Part shown: positions 12,586 through 24,400 of the stretch, piece after piece
Numbering within the stretch: the first letter of the stretch is position 1
Layout of the letters: each line of letters opens with the position of its first letter
Assembly (NCBI GenBank): GCA_012295275.1
Contig: CM022673.1
Location: 4,526,001-4,590,000 of the forward strand
DNA length: 64,000 bases
Source of the DNA: Chrysomallon squamiferum
Lineage: Eukaryota > Animalia > Mollusca
Direction of reading: 5' to 3'
Translations under genes and position numbers: made by a program
The notes under the pieces: model-generated
What the model saw: only the letters and a program-made list of their open reading frames with translations
Told to the model about the DNA's origin: nothing
The model's database searches: none

Positions 12586-14022
12586 GTATGCAGATTTAAA
12601 ATATATCTCTACTTCTCTCTTTTCCTTCTTCTTACTTTCTCTTCTTTGTTTTTTCCTCTCTCTCCTTCCCCCTCTGTCTCTTTGGTTCTGTCTCTGTCAC
12701 TTTCTGTCTGTCTGTCTGTTAGTTCATTTCATTTTTCTGTCCATCCAGCTCTCTCTCTCTCTTTGTTAAATGAATCATTTTAATCCTTTATAAATTTAAT
12801 CATTTATTCTTTTATTTATTTATTTATTTATTTATTACTGAATTAAAATAAAACTAATACATTTTAGTTCAGAGAAAACAGATTATTATATTCCTTTTCT
12901 CAAAATGAGCATAGAAACTAGAATACTAAAAAAAAAAAAAAAAAAAAAAAAATAAAAATAAAAATAAAAACACTATATTAAAAAAAATAATAAAAAATGT
13001 ATCGGAAAATGCCAATTAATTCAGTACCAATTGCTTTATCTGGAGGACATTTTTTGGTAATACAAATATTAGTTTTTGCTCAATCTCGGTACAGAATTCA
13101 GTTTGTCTTTCATAACACCAGCCCAGGGGACTGCCAATGTGCAGGAATTTCTCATTTCTATTGAGCCATGTGAATGTTTTTTTGGGGAAAATAATTTGAT
13201 TTAATTTTATTTTTAAAAAGTGGAAATTTGTGGGGGATTATTGTAATGTAATTAGTGAATATGATGATAAGAAACCTGAGGGCTGCTTGGTCCTGATTTG
13301 TGTCTTCAAGTAATTTCTTACAATCGCCAAGAAGCACCAGTGATTTCCGCTTACATTTTTATTATTTCTTCTTGTTGTTATTAATATTTTATTTAAATTA
13401 TTATTATTATTTTTTTTTTGGTTTTATTTTTTTTAAATTTGTCTTCATCATTTTCATTATCATCTTCATCTTCTTCTTCTTTTTCTTCTTCTTATTATTA
13501 TTATTATTATTACTGTTATTATTATTATTATAATAACTATTGTATTATTATTATTACTGTTACTATTATTATTGTTATTATTAGTTTTTATTGTTATTAT
13601 TAACATAGTTCTCAGTTTCATCACATCCATCTTTATTGTTTTATTATTATTATTAATATTACAAATATGCTGCTACTATTATTACTGTCATCATCAACAA
13701 ATGATCATACATAATGTTAATAAAAAAGAAGGAAAAAACACTGTCACAACATGGCTGACTTCCCTTGTTATTTTCATTAAATGCAAGGGATCTTTTACAT
13801 GGATAGAAATCTATAGAAAGAAAAATATTTTCAAGAATTTCATCAAATTTCAAAAAAACAACAACATTTTAATGAAATATTGGACTCATTCAGAATTATC
13901 CATCTGTTAATTGATTTTAATTTTTTTTTTTTTAATTTTAAAATAAATTTCAGATAATTAATTTTTTTTTCTTAAAAATGTTTCAAAACTTTAAACTTTC
14001 CGAATTCTTAAATGTTAACTTT

Positions 14023-14053
<31 letters not shown>

Positions 14054-14789
14054 TGCACACATTTCCCAAATTACAAAAAATAAAATAAAAAAAAAACAGG
14101 TAAACCATTAAAATATTTATTTTATTTTATTTTTTTTTATTTTAGAGCTCAAATTAACAAAAAAAAAATGTGTAACCTTTTACCAAGATTGATAAACATG
14201 AGAGGTAGCGATTACAACTTCAACACATAATTAAAGAATTAAACTTGAGTTTTTCTGCTGAGCAGAAAATATCATTAACAAATTTAAATTTTTTAAAAAA
14301 TGGAAAGGTTAAACTTCTTTTTAATTAAATAAAAAAAAAAAAAAAAAAAGTAATGAACAATTATTATTAATAGTACTGTCGGTTTAATGTGGAGGTTATC
14401 ACCAACTACAAATATTAATCTTTATTTTCTATTAAAATTATAGTTATTAAAGTTACAGCAACTAGAGATATATTTTAAACAGTTTAATGATAATTAATTT
14501 TTTTATTATTTTACCATCATATGTATGTAGAAAGAAAAGTAAAACATATTCACATCATTCACAAACCTGAGGAATTACTTAATAAATCACAAAACAAACA
14601 AAATTTAAGACATTTTTTTGGCAAGAAGCTGTAGTGAATAAGAAATTTTTTAAAAACCTAACAAATGTTTCTTATAACAGTTTTTGTGTCTTAGACCCTC
14701 TATTTAAAATGTGTTAGGTGCATTGGTATGTAAAATGTTTCTTGTTCATAATTCTAGATTTTACAAATTTTATACTCAAATGGTTGTAG

Positions 14790-15300
14790 AACAAAAAGCA
14801 ATATTGAAATCAAGATATATTTAATGATGTTTAATTTAGAACCCTCACCATTAATATGAGTCATAGTAAAACTAAATACCGTACAGAAGGTCAGGTATAT
14901 TTAATGACATCAGATTTTTAGCCCGTTTCATTAATGTGAACCATAGTAAAAGTAATTGCAATACTGACAGTGAAATGTAACTAATGACATCGAATTCTGA
15001 ACCCATAACATGGACCATTGTAAAACTAAACACAACAGAGATGATCAAGTACATGTATATTTAATGAGTCCATTCCAATAATATCAGTTATTGTAAAAAC
15101 TAAGTGAATCAACACCAATAACATCAACCATTGTAAAAAACTAAATACAGTATATTTATTAATCTCAAGTATTGAATCAATACTAAAAATATTGACCATT
15201 GTAAAAAAAAAACTAACTAAATACAATATATTTAATAAAACTGAGTATTGAATCAACACTAATAATATGAACCGTTGTAAAGCTTAAATATAATATTGAT
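14790..15300. repeat. Degenerate tandem array, period about 60-100 bp
   Basis: Repeated accattgtaaaactaaatac…tatatttaatga motif, about 7 copies. Confidence 0.7.
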
Positions 15301-16184
15301 AACCAGATGCATATAATGACTCCAGTGGTGTTGATAATATGAACTACTCCATTCTGAACCTCACGAGCTGTATATTGTGATCACATTGTACTGTACCAGG
15401 CAGCTGGTAAGTAGCAATAAAGTTTAATACTAAAACCACCTGATTCGTTTTAGTTGTCTTTGTGTGATGAAGATGATAAATCATAGGGAATGAAAGAGCA
15501 AGCTAATGACATTGCAATACCAGAATATAATGAAGCTGCAGAACAAAAGAAATAAAATAATTATTAAAAAAAAACCACAAACCCCCCCCCACATAAACAC
15601 AATGTATAAGTACTTCTATTTGTTCTTTATTTTTATTTTATTTTTTTCTAAATTACTTTTCTGCTAGCTCGATAAATCAAATGAATTGTGTACGATATAT
15701 ATCCAAGATAGATAGCCAGTTACTATTGTCTGGTATGAAATGTGTTTTTTGTGTGTGTGTGTGTACATACACTTGATACTGCCAGAATCCATTGTCGTGA
15801 ATTGCTTGTAAACCTTTTTCTCCCTGTCTCAGCCAGTTCCATTTCTGCAAATCCAAACAGAAGTACTTAATGACACACTGCATGATAATGATGCCTACCG
15901 AACTAATTAGCTTTCTAATGAATTACCCGGTAGCTGCAGTTTTAACATTTATTTTAGTTTTTTTTTTCATTAGAGTAAATCTAAAGAGGTAATCAATGAA
16001 AATCCCAAATCCATGATATGTACTTCCATATGAATGCTTAATTCATTTGCTGAGATCATTTATCTATCAGTTTTTATTTATTTCATTACATTGTTGTTTT
16101 TGTTGTGTTTTTATCATTATGGCTATAATTGTTTTTTTTAAATTATTTTAATTATTATCATTGTTGCTGTTATTATTGTTGTTG

Positions 16185-16310
16185 TTATTGGTATTATTAT
16201 TATTAGTAGTAGTAGTATTATTATTATTATTATCATCATCATCATCATCATTATAATTTTTATTGTTCTTGTTCTTGTTCTTGTTCTTGTTCTTGTTCTT
16301 GTTCTTGTTC

Positions 16311-16385
<75 letters not shown>
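16185..16385. repeat. Compound microsatellite (AGT)n(ATT)n(ATC)n(GTTCTT)n(ATT)n
   Basis: Directly visible. Confidence 0.95.
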
Positions 16386-16387
<2 letters not shown>

Positions 16388-16682
16388 TTAAAAGGAAAAC
16401 AGAGTCCTTAGTGGTAGCAAGGGATTTTTTACATGCATCTTACCAGTACAGTACACACCATAACATTTCATGTACAGTTCAGGATATCTGGAATAGGAAA
16501 CAGCACAAAGATGCAAAGGTCAAAACATTGGAAATTGTCTGCATCTGCTTGTAACAGCAGTATTTCTGTCACGAAACTAAGAGTATGTCGCAGGTGGATA
16601 GAAATCAATTTTGTTTTTATTATTAACATTTTTATTGCTGTTTTTAATTCCCATTAATTGCCTCTGTTTTCTGTTTCATCAG

Positions 16683-16802
16683 GTAAAGTTGAGCCACATA
16701 AGCTGGACAAAGGTCAGCTCCAACGTTTGACCAAGTTTGTGGAGCAGATGGTCACCTCTTTAGACCAACAAAAATCACCTGGAGATGACATTGTTGCTGA
16801 TG
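16683..16802 (+). CDS. PTPRN: IA-2/PTPRN pro-region exon (120 nt), GKVEPHKLDKGQLQRLTKFVEQMVTSLDQQKSPGDDIVAD
   Basis: Acceptor ttttctgtttcatcag| and a weak donor ATG|gtatta. Phase 1-1, open, and a complex-sequence island between ATT repeats. Confidence 0.78.
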
Positions 16803-16979
16803 GTATTATTGTTATTATTTTATTATTATTTTATTGTTATTATTATTATTATTATTATTAACAGTTATTATTAGTGTTACAGTTATTGTTCTTTACTGTT
16901 GTTACAGTTTTAGTCATATCATTCTTCTTGTAATTTTTTGTTCTTTCTATTCTAGTGTTATTTTTATTTATACAACTAC

Positions 16980-17028
<49 letters not shown>

Positions 17029-17440
17029 GTTATTACCGTTAACAATATTGTTATGTCATAACATTATTATTATTATTTTATATTCTTTTTCTTAATTAAC
17101 ATAATCAGATTATTTTTACTTAAATTATAACTAGTAATAATTAATATACACATATAATAAACACATATGATAACAGTATAGAGAGAAGAATAAATGTTTA
17201 TTTGTGAAAAAAAAAAAAAAATTAAAAAAGTCTTCATCTCCAACTATTTTAATACTCTTTCATTTTCCACTGCACAACGGCATTCCACAGCAAGCTATAT
17301 GCCAGAGTTCGGTATTTAAATTAAATCTTTAGAATTTATTACCATTAAAAAAGACTTCTTTGATTACACTCTCTTTCTCGATTACTCATCCATGAGAAAT
17401 AATGATTTCCTGTTCCATCTTATTTTTTTTTTTTCCTTAG

Positions 17441-17614
17441 CCCAAACAGAAGAAGAGTTACTTCCTGTAGGAGATAACTCTCCAGCTGATGATATAGTTC
17501 AAGATGGCGACCTGCCTGCCAGGCCTTTGAGTCCAGTTCCTGATGATGAAATTATCTCACCAGGGGGAGATTCATTGATCAGCAAAAAAAGTTCTTTAAA
17601 AGAGCCTGGAAAAG
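17441..17614 (+). CDS. PTPRN: IA-2/PTPRN exon (174 nt) with the dibasic KK maturation site (…SLISKKSSLKEPGK)
   Basis: Strong acceptor tttttttttccttag| and donor AAG|gtagat, phase 1-1. The KK-S just ahead of the ectodomain parallels human IA-2 LEKK|SPL. Confidence 0.85.
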
Positions 17615-19194
17615 GTAGATAACTCACCTTGTGGGGTTGTTGTTGTTGGGTTTTTTTCAAAATTAATTAGATAGTCAAATTAAAATTTTCATTAATATTG
17701 TGAAAGTGAATGTGTATGTATGAATGTAAGACAATCTATTCCCAATAACACAATTTACTGATACTGGAACAAACAGTTTAAAAACATTTTATATATTTCC
17801 ATTTAACTGTTTTGTTCAAGGAAACCAATCTTTGCCAGTAATAAAGAATCATAATAAAACAACAAACTTCCCCCCAAAATGACACATAGGTTATCATTTT
17901 TCCCTTCTTTATTAAATGTCATTTAAACATTGCAAATCATTTTTTTTTTTTTCTTATTTTCTTTTCTTTTCTTTTCTTCTTATTATTTTTTATATATATA
18001 TTTAATTATATGATATATCAGATTTAAAGGTTTTTTTTGGCATTTATCTTTTTCATTGAGATATGTGAAATATGATAACAAACTTTTTTTTTTATTATTT
18101 ATTACAAAAAATACTTAGCCATAAATGCAACAAGCAGTTTGTTTACAAACTTATATTTTTTAAAACATATCAGACTTGCAATTTAATACTAGAAGCCTCC
18201 AACATAAGAATTTAGACAGCCCCTGAAAAAACTCATTGATCTGCCCTAGTCAGAAATATTCACTGTGTGCTTCCCTACACAAGAGTTTATATTTTTGCCT
18301 TTCTGTATAGAATCATTTGATTTCATTTGTATCTGTCTGTTTTTATTCATTCAATTCTTTATTGATTTTCTACTGTTTGTGTTCATTCATTCTGATAATT
18401 AGTTGTTGATCAGCTAATTTGTTTGTTGTTTTGTCTTTATAATGGCTGGGATGGTTTGAGTACTGCAGCCATATCCAGCAATTTTCTTTTAGTAAATAGG
18501 ATTTTTAGATGAAGCAGTTTACTGTGAATAGACTGCATGTATAAATAATTTTGTTCAAAGCAAATATATTATTATTATTGTTATTATTATTACTATTACT
18601 GTTATTTTATTATTATTGCTGTTGTTGTTATTATTACCATTACTGTTATTTTGTTGTTGTTGTTGTTTCTATTATTATTATTATTACTATTATTATTATT
18701 ATTATTACTATTATTATTATTATTATTTTAGTTTGTCTCTCTCTTCTTTTCTCTCTCCTCATTCCTTGTTTCCCTTTATCAGCACATTCTTTTCTTCATA
18801 AATGCATTTGTCACAATTTACATGTTTCCATTCAACATTTCTGCCTTTCTCTTTATCTATCTACATACACATAACATATCAAAAAAATCTTGTATGTCCA
18901 TTTATCTGTGCATCTTTCTACCCATCCTTTCATCCATCTGTCTATCTGTCTTTGTAATTGTGCATGTCCACCTGTAAATCAGTCTGTATCTCTGTCTCAT
19001 TGTTTATTTAAAGATAAAAAAAAAAGTGCTGGTCAGCATTGTACATGTAATTACTACAGTGCATCAAATGCTGCATGTCCATCAGAAACAAATTTGGTTA
19101 ATTACATTAATGATGGGCATTGTTAGCCAGCATGACAATGTCCACTGACTTCTTGAACTCTGCCACATCCTGGTGGGCTCGTTTTAATAGACCT

Positions 19195-20270
19195 TGCAGT
19201 CAGAATAATCTGTGTCAAGAAATTATTACAATGAAAGAAGAATGAGACTGTGAATCAACAGATTTTTGACATCATTATACAGGGACACAGTGAAGAATCT
19301 TCAATATTGGGATAATTTATGTTTAGAAATTGTTAGAAATAAAAAGAGAATAGAAGTCTCTGATTCAACAGATTTTTGCCATCATTATGTGGAAGGCAAG
19401 AATTTTTATATATCAGAATAATTTATTTCAAAAAAATGTAAAGAAATAATAATAATGATGAGAAAATGAATCAGCAGATTTTTTACAATCCTATAAATCA
19501 ACAAAAAATTTGTTTAAGGATTTGCGTTCACTGACAAACTTACTAGAAAAAAAAAGATGATAACCATTTGGGAATGGGAATAAAAACAGGCAGTTCTGAC
19601 ATCAGCAAAATCTCCATTATCAGAATAATTTATGTGAGAAATTATTAGAAACAGAAAGCAAACGAAACAACAGATTGTCTTTTATCCAGGCTGTTAGAAA
19701 ATCAACAAAAGTGTCAGTTTGCAAATGATATTCAATGACAAAATTATTAAAAACAAAACATGATTACAAAACAAACAAAAAAACAGACTTACAAAAATCA
19801 TCAAAATTCTCAATATCACAATATGAAGAAATTATTAAAGAAAGAGTTTGAATTGTGAATTATCAGATATTTATTTACATTTACTATTCAAAATGAAATC
19901 AGAATAAAGATACTGTATAAAAATATTTATCAGCTTTATTTATGACATAAAATTTCTTAAATCTGCCGAATTTTCAGTTTAAGAATAATTTATGTTCAGA
20001 AAATATTCTGAATTCTCAATCTGAGTAGAATTCTCAATTTCAGAATAAACTTTATTTACATAATTATTTGAAAAAAAATGTGAGAATTAATATGAGCAGA
20101 TATTTATGATTTTGAACAATTTGTTTTTGAGAAATTATTAAAAAGATGTACAAAAGATGCGAGTAAAATATCAGCAGAAAATTAACAGTCTACTTTGAGA
20201 AGTCATTAGGGAAAGAATAATAACAACAATTTAAACATCAGTCTAAAAATGAGAATGCGAAATGCAGCAG
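19195..20270. repeat. Highly degenerate tandem array, period about 100-120 bp
   Basis: Recurring tcagaataatttatgt…agaaattattagaa…aatcaacagattttt motifs. Confidence 0.65.
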
Positions 20271-22490
20271 ATCTTTTTTTTTATAAATTAAATAAAAGAT
20301 GAAGATGAAGTTCAGTACATTTTTGCCTCTTTGCTAATTAACTGACTTCTGTTAAGAAAAATTATTATTACAGAGTTAAAAAAGTCGAACTGATCAGAAA
20401 TGTCCATTGACACAAACTTCCTGCGATTATACATGTTCACTATTTTTGTTTTCATCTTTTCGTGAACATACTTGTCAACTAAAAACAAGACAATTTTATG
20501 ACCAGATTTCCTGTAATTTTATCAAATTTTAGAAGCTTTTTCTTTCAATCTTCTTTTTAATTTTTTTTCTCAGTCAAACTCATTTTTATTTTATTTTTTA
20601 CACACAGACATTTTCAAAGAAATCTCATATTCTTTTTAAACATTTCTTTCTTTTGTTTTTGTGGAAACTTGAAGGAACTTCCCAATTATTTCTATTAAGG
20701 TATTGTATTTTGATGTTTTGAAAGATGTAAGGAAATCGCAGTGTCTTATTGCATGTGTCACCCAGGCTCCTTTTTTCTTTTGTAATCACTAATAATAACA
20801 GATTTTATATAGAGAACATGATGCGAATGCAAACAGAGAAACATCTAGTGTTGTTTTCACAAAGACATTTTTCTTCATCTGAACAAACATGTAATTACAG
20901 TTCAGGAAAAGACTCAGCATACACCTTGCAGAGTTTCATGTTTAGTACCTGATAGATGTCTACTAAACTGCAAACTCAATTCTTTTATTTTTATTTTTAG
21001 TAGGAATAACAGAGAGATTTTCTTATTTTATGGGACAATATTTTTTTTCTTTTTTTCTTTAAATAATTTTTATATAATAATATTTTTTTTAATTCTTTAT
21101 TTCCTTCTGTTTTCTAATTTCACTAATGCTGTCTGTCAGTGTTTTATTTTTGGGGTTTTTTAAAAATATATCTGAGATCCTTCCTATCTGTAATTTTTTA
21201 AAATTTAATTTTTAATTCATTTTTGGAATTTTAAATTTATAACATAGTAAGTTATACAGTACAGGAAGTTATACAACAAGTATTATTATTTAACATTAAC
21301 ATGTTAACACTTAATTCAGAATCATGTACATAATGAAGTCTTACAAAATAATGCATAATATTTGACAAACTTAACCATTCATCTTTTTTTTCTCTTTTTT
21401 TTTTCATTTTAAAATACGGGGAATCTTGCAATGAGCTTAATGTACTCTGTATAATTAATTAATTTTTTTTTTTTTTTTTTAAATACTGGGGCAATGAACC
21501 CTGCTAAATCATTAATGAATTTTGTTTCAAATGTCAGCTGTAAAAAACACACTTAAAAACACAATTTGATGATTCTGTGGGTGTCTTTACAGATCTGCTG
21601 ATAGTTATTTAGAATTTATTATGTAGACATTAGTCCTTTTCATACTGGGTTATTTATACAGTGTACTGCTGTCTGTAATGTGTTTATACTGATATGTTTA
21701 TCTTTGTTTCACACTAGGTTAGTACTCCAGTTTATAAATACAACCTATTTACTTTTGATGAGATCAGCAAAAACTAGCTATTTTTTCTCTCTCTCTCTCA
21801 CTTCTTTCCTTTTTTTTTTTTTTTTTTTATAATTTGAAACTGAGCTAAAAATATAATTGTAAAACAAAATATTATTTGACCAGAAATTGTTCAAATTATC
21901 AAATAAAATATAATTCGAGTCAAAATCCTATTTGATTAAATGAAGAAATGTTTTCTTATTTCACTCTTTGTCTAACAAATTGTTTGATTAGCTTCCTTGA
22001 TGTGTGTCAAGGAAAATTATATTTTCATTAGTTGTCATGGAAGCAAGTCAAAAGTTTTTTTTTTTTCTTTAAATAAAAAGAAAAAAGACGTAATTTATTG
22101 TTATTTATTTCTGCCTGTGATTCTTTGTCTCACTGTAACAATAGTTTGTTTTTTAGTGAAAATGTTTTTTTTTATGTCTGTTTCTTTTGTTTTGTTTTTC
22201 TGAAATGTCAAGAACCATAGCTATCAGTGTATCTTCTTAATGTCATCAAAATTATGTTGAAAACATTAAAAAGAATATATATATATTTAGTTACGTCAGT
22301 TTTCATAGGAAATAATCTAACAGAAAAATAAAATTAAGTAAATGATAATGAGAAGAAGAAGAATAAGCTTGATTATATTTTATTTGTTGTATTTAATTTC
22401 AATATGAAAATCTGAAAAAAACGATGTAGAACAATGATGGTATTTTTGTGTTTTGTTTTGTAATTTTTATTTTATTTTTATTTTTTTTAG

Positions 22491-22566
22491 ATGAGAAGGA
22501 AAAAGATTTGCCGAAACCAGAAGACATCGTGAAAATAACTTATGCCAACATCCAGCTCAGTCAAGA
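22491..22566 (+). CDS. PTPRN: IA-2/PTPRN exon (76 nt): start of SEA-like ectodomain, DEKEKDLPKPEDIVKITYANIQLSQ(E)
   Basis: Acceptor ttttttttag| and consensus donor GA|gtaagt, phase 1 to 2. TYANIQLSQE parallels human EYGYIVTDQK. Confidence 0.87.
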
Positions 22567-23562
22567 GTAAGTACTAATTATTTTATTTACTGTAAAAACA
22601 AAACAAAAACAAACATAAAAGTCTTTAGATAAGGATCATGTAAATAGCCATACTTCACAGGTAACATGTCACAAAGATTTCATCATGGCTCCTACAAAGA
22701 AATGTATCTGTGTTTATCCGTGTTGAAAAGTAAATAAATTACAGTTAAGAATTTGAATTGTTTACATTTTTTTTTTAGACATTCATTAATAACCGAAGAT
22801 ACCTTTATTTAAATATTTAAAACAACTTTGATAGTGCAGTTTCTCAATCATAAACAATGTATGAAATATAAATAACAAATAAAAACAACAGAAGATATTA
22901 TGTTATTTAAATATTTAAAACAACTTTGGTAGTTGTGTTTCTCAATCATAAACACACCTTTTTCTTTTCTTTTCTGTCCTGTTTTTTTTTGTTATTAAAA
23001 CTAACTGATGCCTCATCTCAGTAATATGCCTCACACCAGTCTCCTCTCTAGTCCAAGTATGAGAATATTATTAAAACAAGGGTAAGGAAATGAACCTAAT
23101 GAAAACACAGAACAGGAAATCGAGAAGATTTTTATTTGGCACCATATTAGCATACACTGCCTGTCTTGCATATCAAAATAAAATTATTGCAAATCTGAAA
23201 AAAAGATTTTTTGATTTTATCCTTCGCTTCCTGTTCTCACAAACTAATAAATTTGCATAAAAAACAAAAACACATACAGGTTATGAGCAGTTAGATCGGG
23301 AAATAAGCCTGTGTCCAGTAGATAATTAAGTGCAAAGAATGGAAAATTTGAAATTGTCCATGTAGATGAATTTATTGTTGTTATTTTTAATCTTTTATTT
23401 TAAGTTCAGTTCATCCAAAATATTTGCTACAGAAACAAATTTAGTTTCACATCCCAAAGGCTGTTTCTTTACTAAGTTAAAAATTTTATGAAAAAAAAAA
23501 AAAATATTTTAAAATTTATTTTGGCATAAAATAAAATTATCATACTTGTGTCCTCATTATTG

Positions 23563-23596
<34 letters not shown>

Positions 23597-24062
23597 TCAT
23601 AACCTTTAAAATATGATTTTTAACATAAACAAAAATTATAACAACAGAGGAACCTAAATTATGAGATTTCAAATGCATCAAAACACAAAACGATGAAATA
23701 ATTTTTTCTGGCCTAACTTATATCAGTTCAATGCTATTACACCCAGAGAAAGTGGTAGACTATGACTCAGATTATTGTTTTTTTTTCTTTCTTTCTCCTA
23801 ACAATCTTCACTCAGGTGTACAGGGGAAAATTGTCTTTGATGGATGGAGTGTGTGTTAAAAACATATCTGAAGGGCAGTTCTCTATTCAGCTGTGTGCGA
23901 GGCCAGTCAGTGGAGACTGCTGTAGTAATTACAGTTGTTTTCTTTGCCAGTGTAACAGTAATGTACACTGTCAGAACAAAACACAAAGCTTGCTTTGAGG
24001 TATTACTGTACCAAATTGAGCCGACTTTTCAAACAATTAGTTTCTATAGATCTTTAGACAAT

Positions 24063-24095
<33 letters not shown>

Positions 24096-24149
24096 CACTC
24101 TTTAGTATTATTTCTCATGTTGTCACCCCCCCCCAGTGAATGATTTATC

Positions 24150-24400
24150 AAAAGTATGTGTTTTCTGTTTTCCTGTCTATGGGTGGGTCTGCTAACTGAT
24201 AAAGAATAAAGAGTAGCCCATAATGTGTTACCTTTTGGTTTAATCTCATTTTATCTGGGTAGTTGTTAACCCTATTTATGATGGTCCTTTAATGTTAGAT
24301 TTAAAATGTATTAATGCATAGTTCATAGGCAGGTGCATATGAAAAATTCCTTACTGCTAATTGAAAAAGAGTAACCCATCATAAATTACAGCAGCATTGA
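24150..24400 (+). mobile_element. Two decayed SINE-like core fragments
   Basis: cctgtctatggg…gctaac…gagtagccca and ggcaggtgcatatgaaaaattccttactgctaattgaaaaagagtaaccca match the family at 8345 and 40505. Confidence 0.55.
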
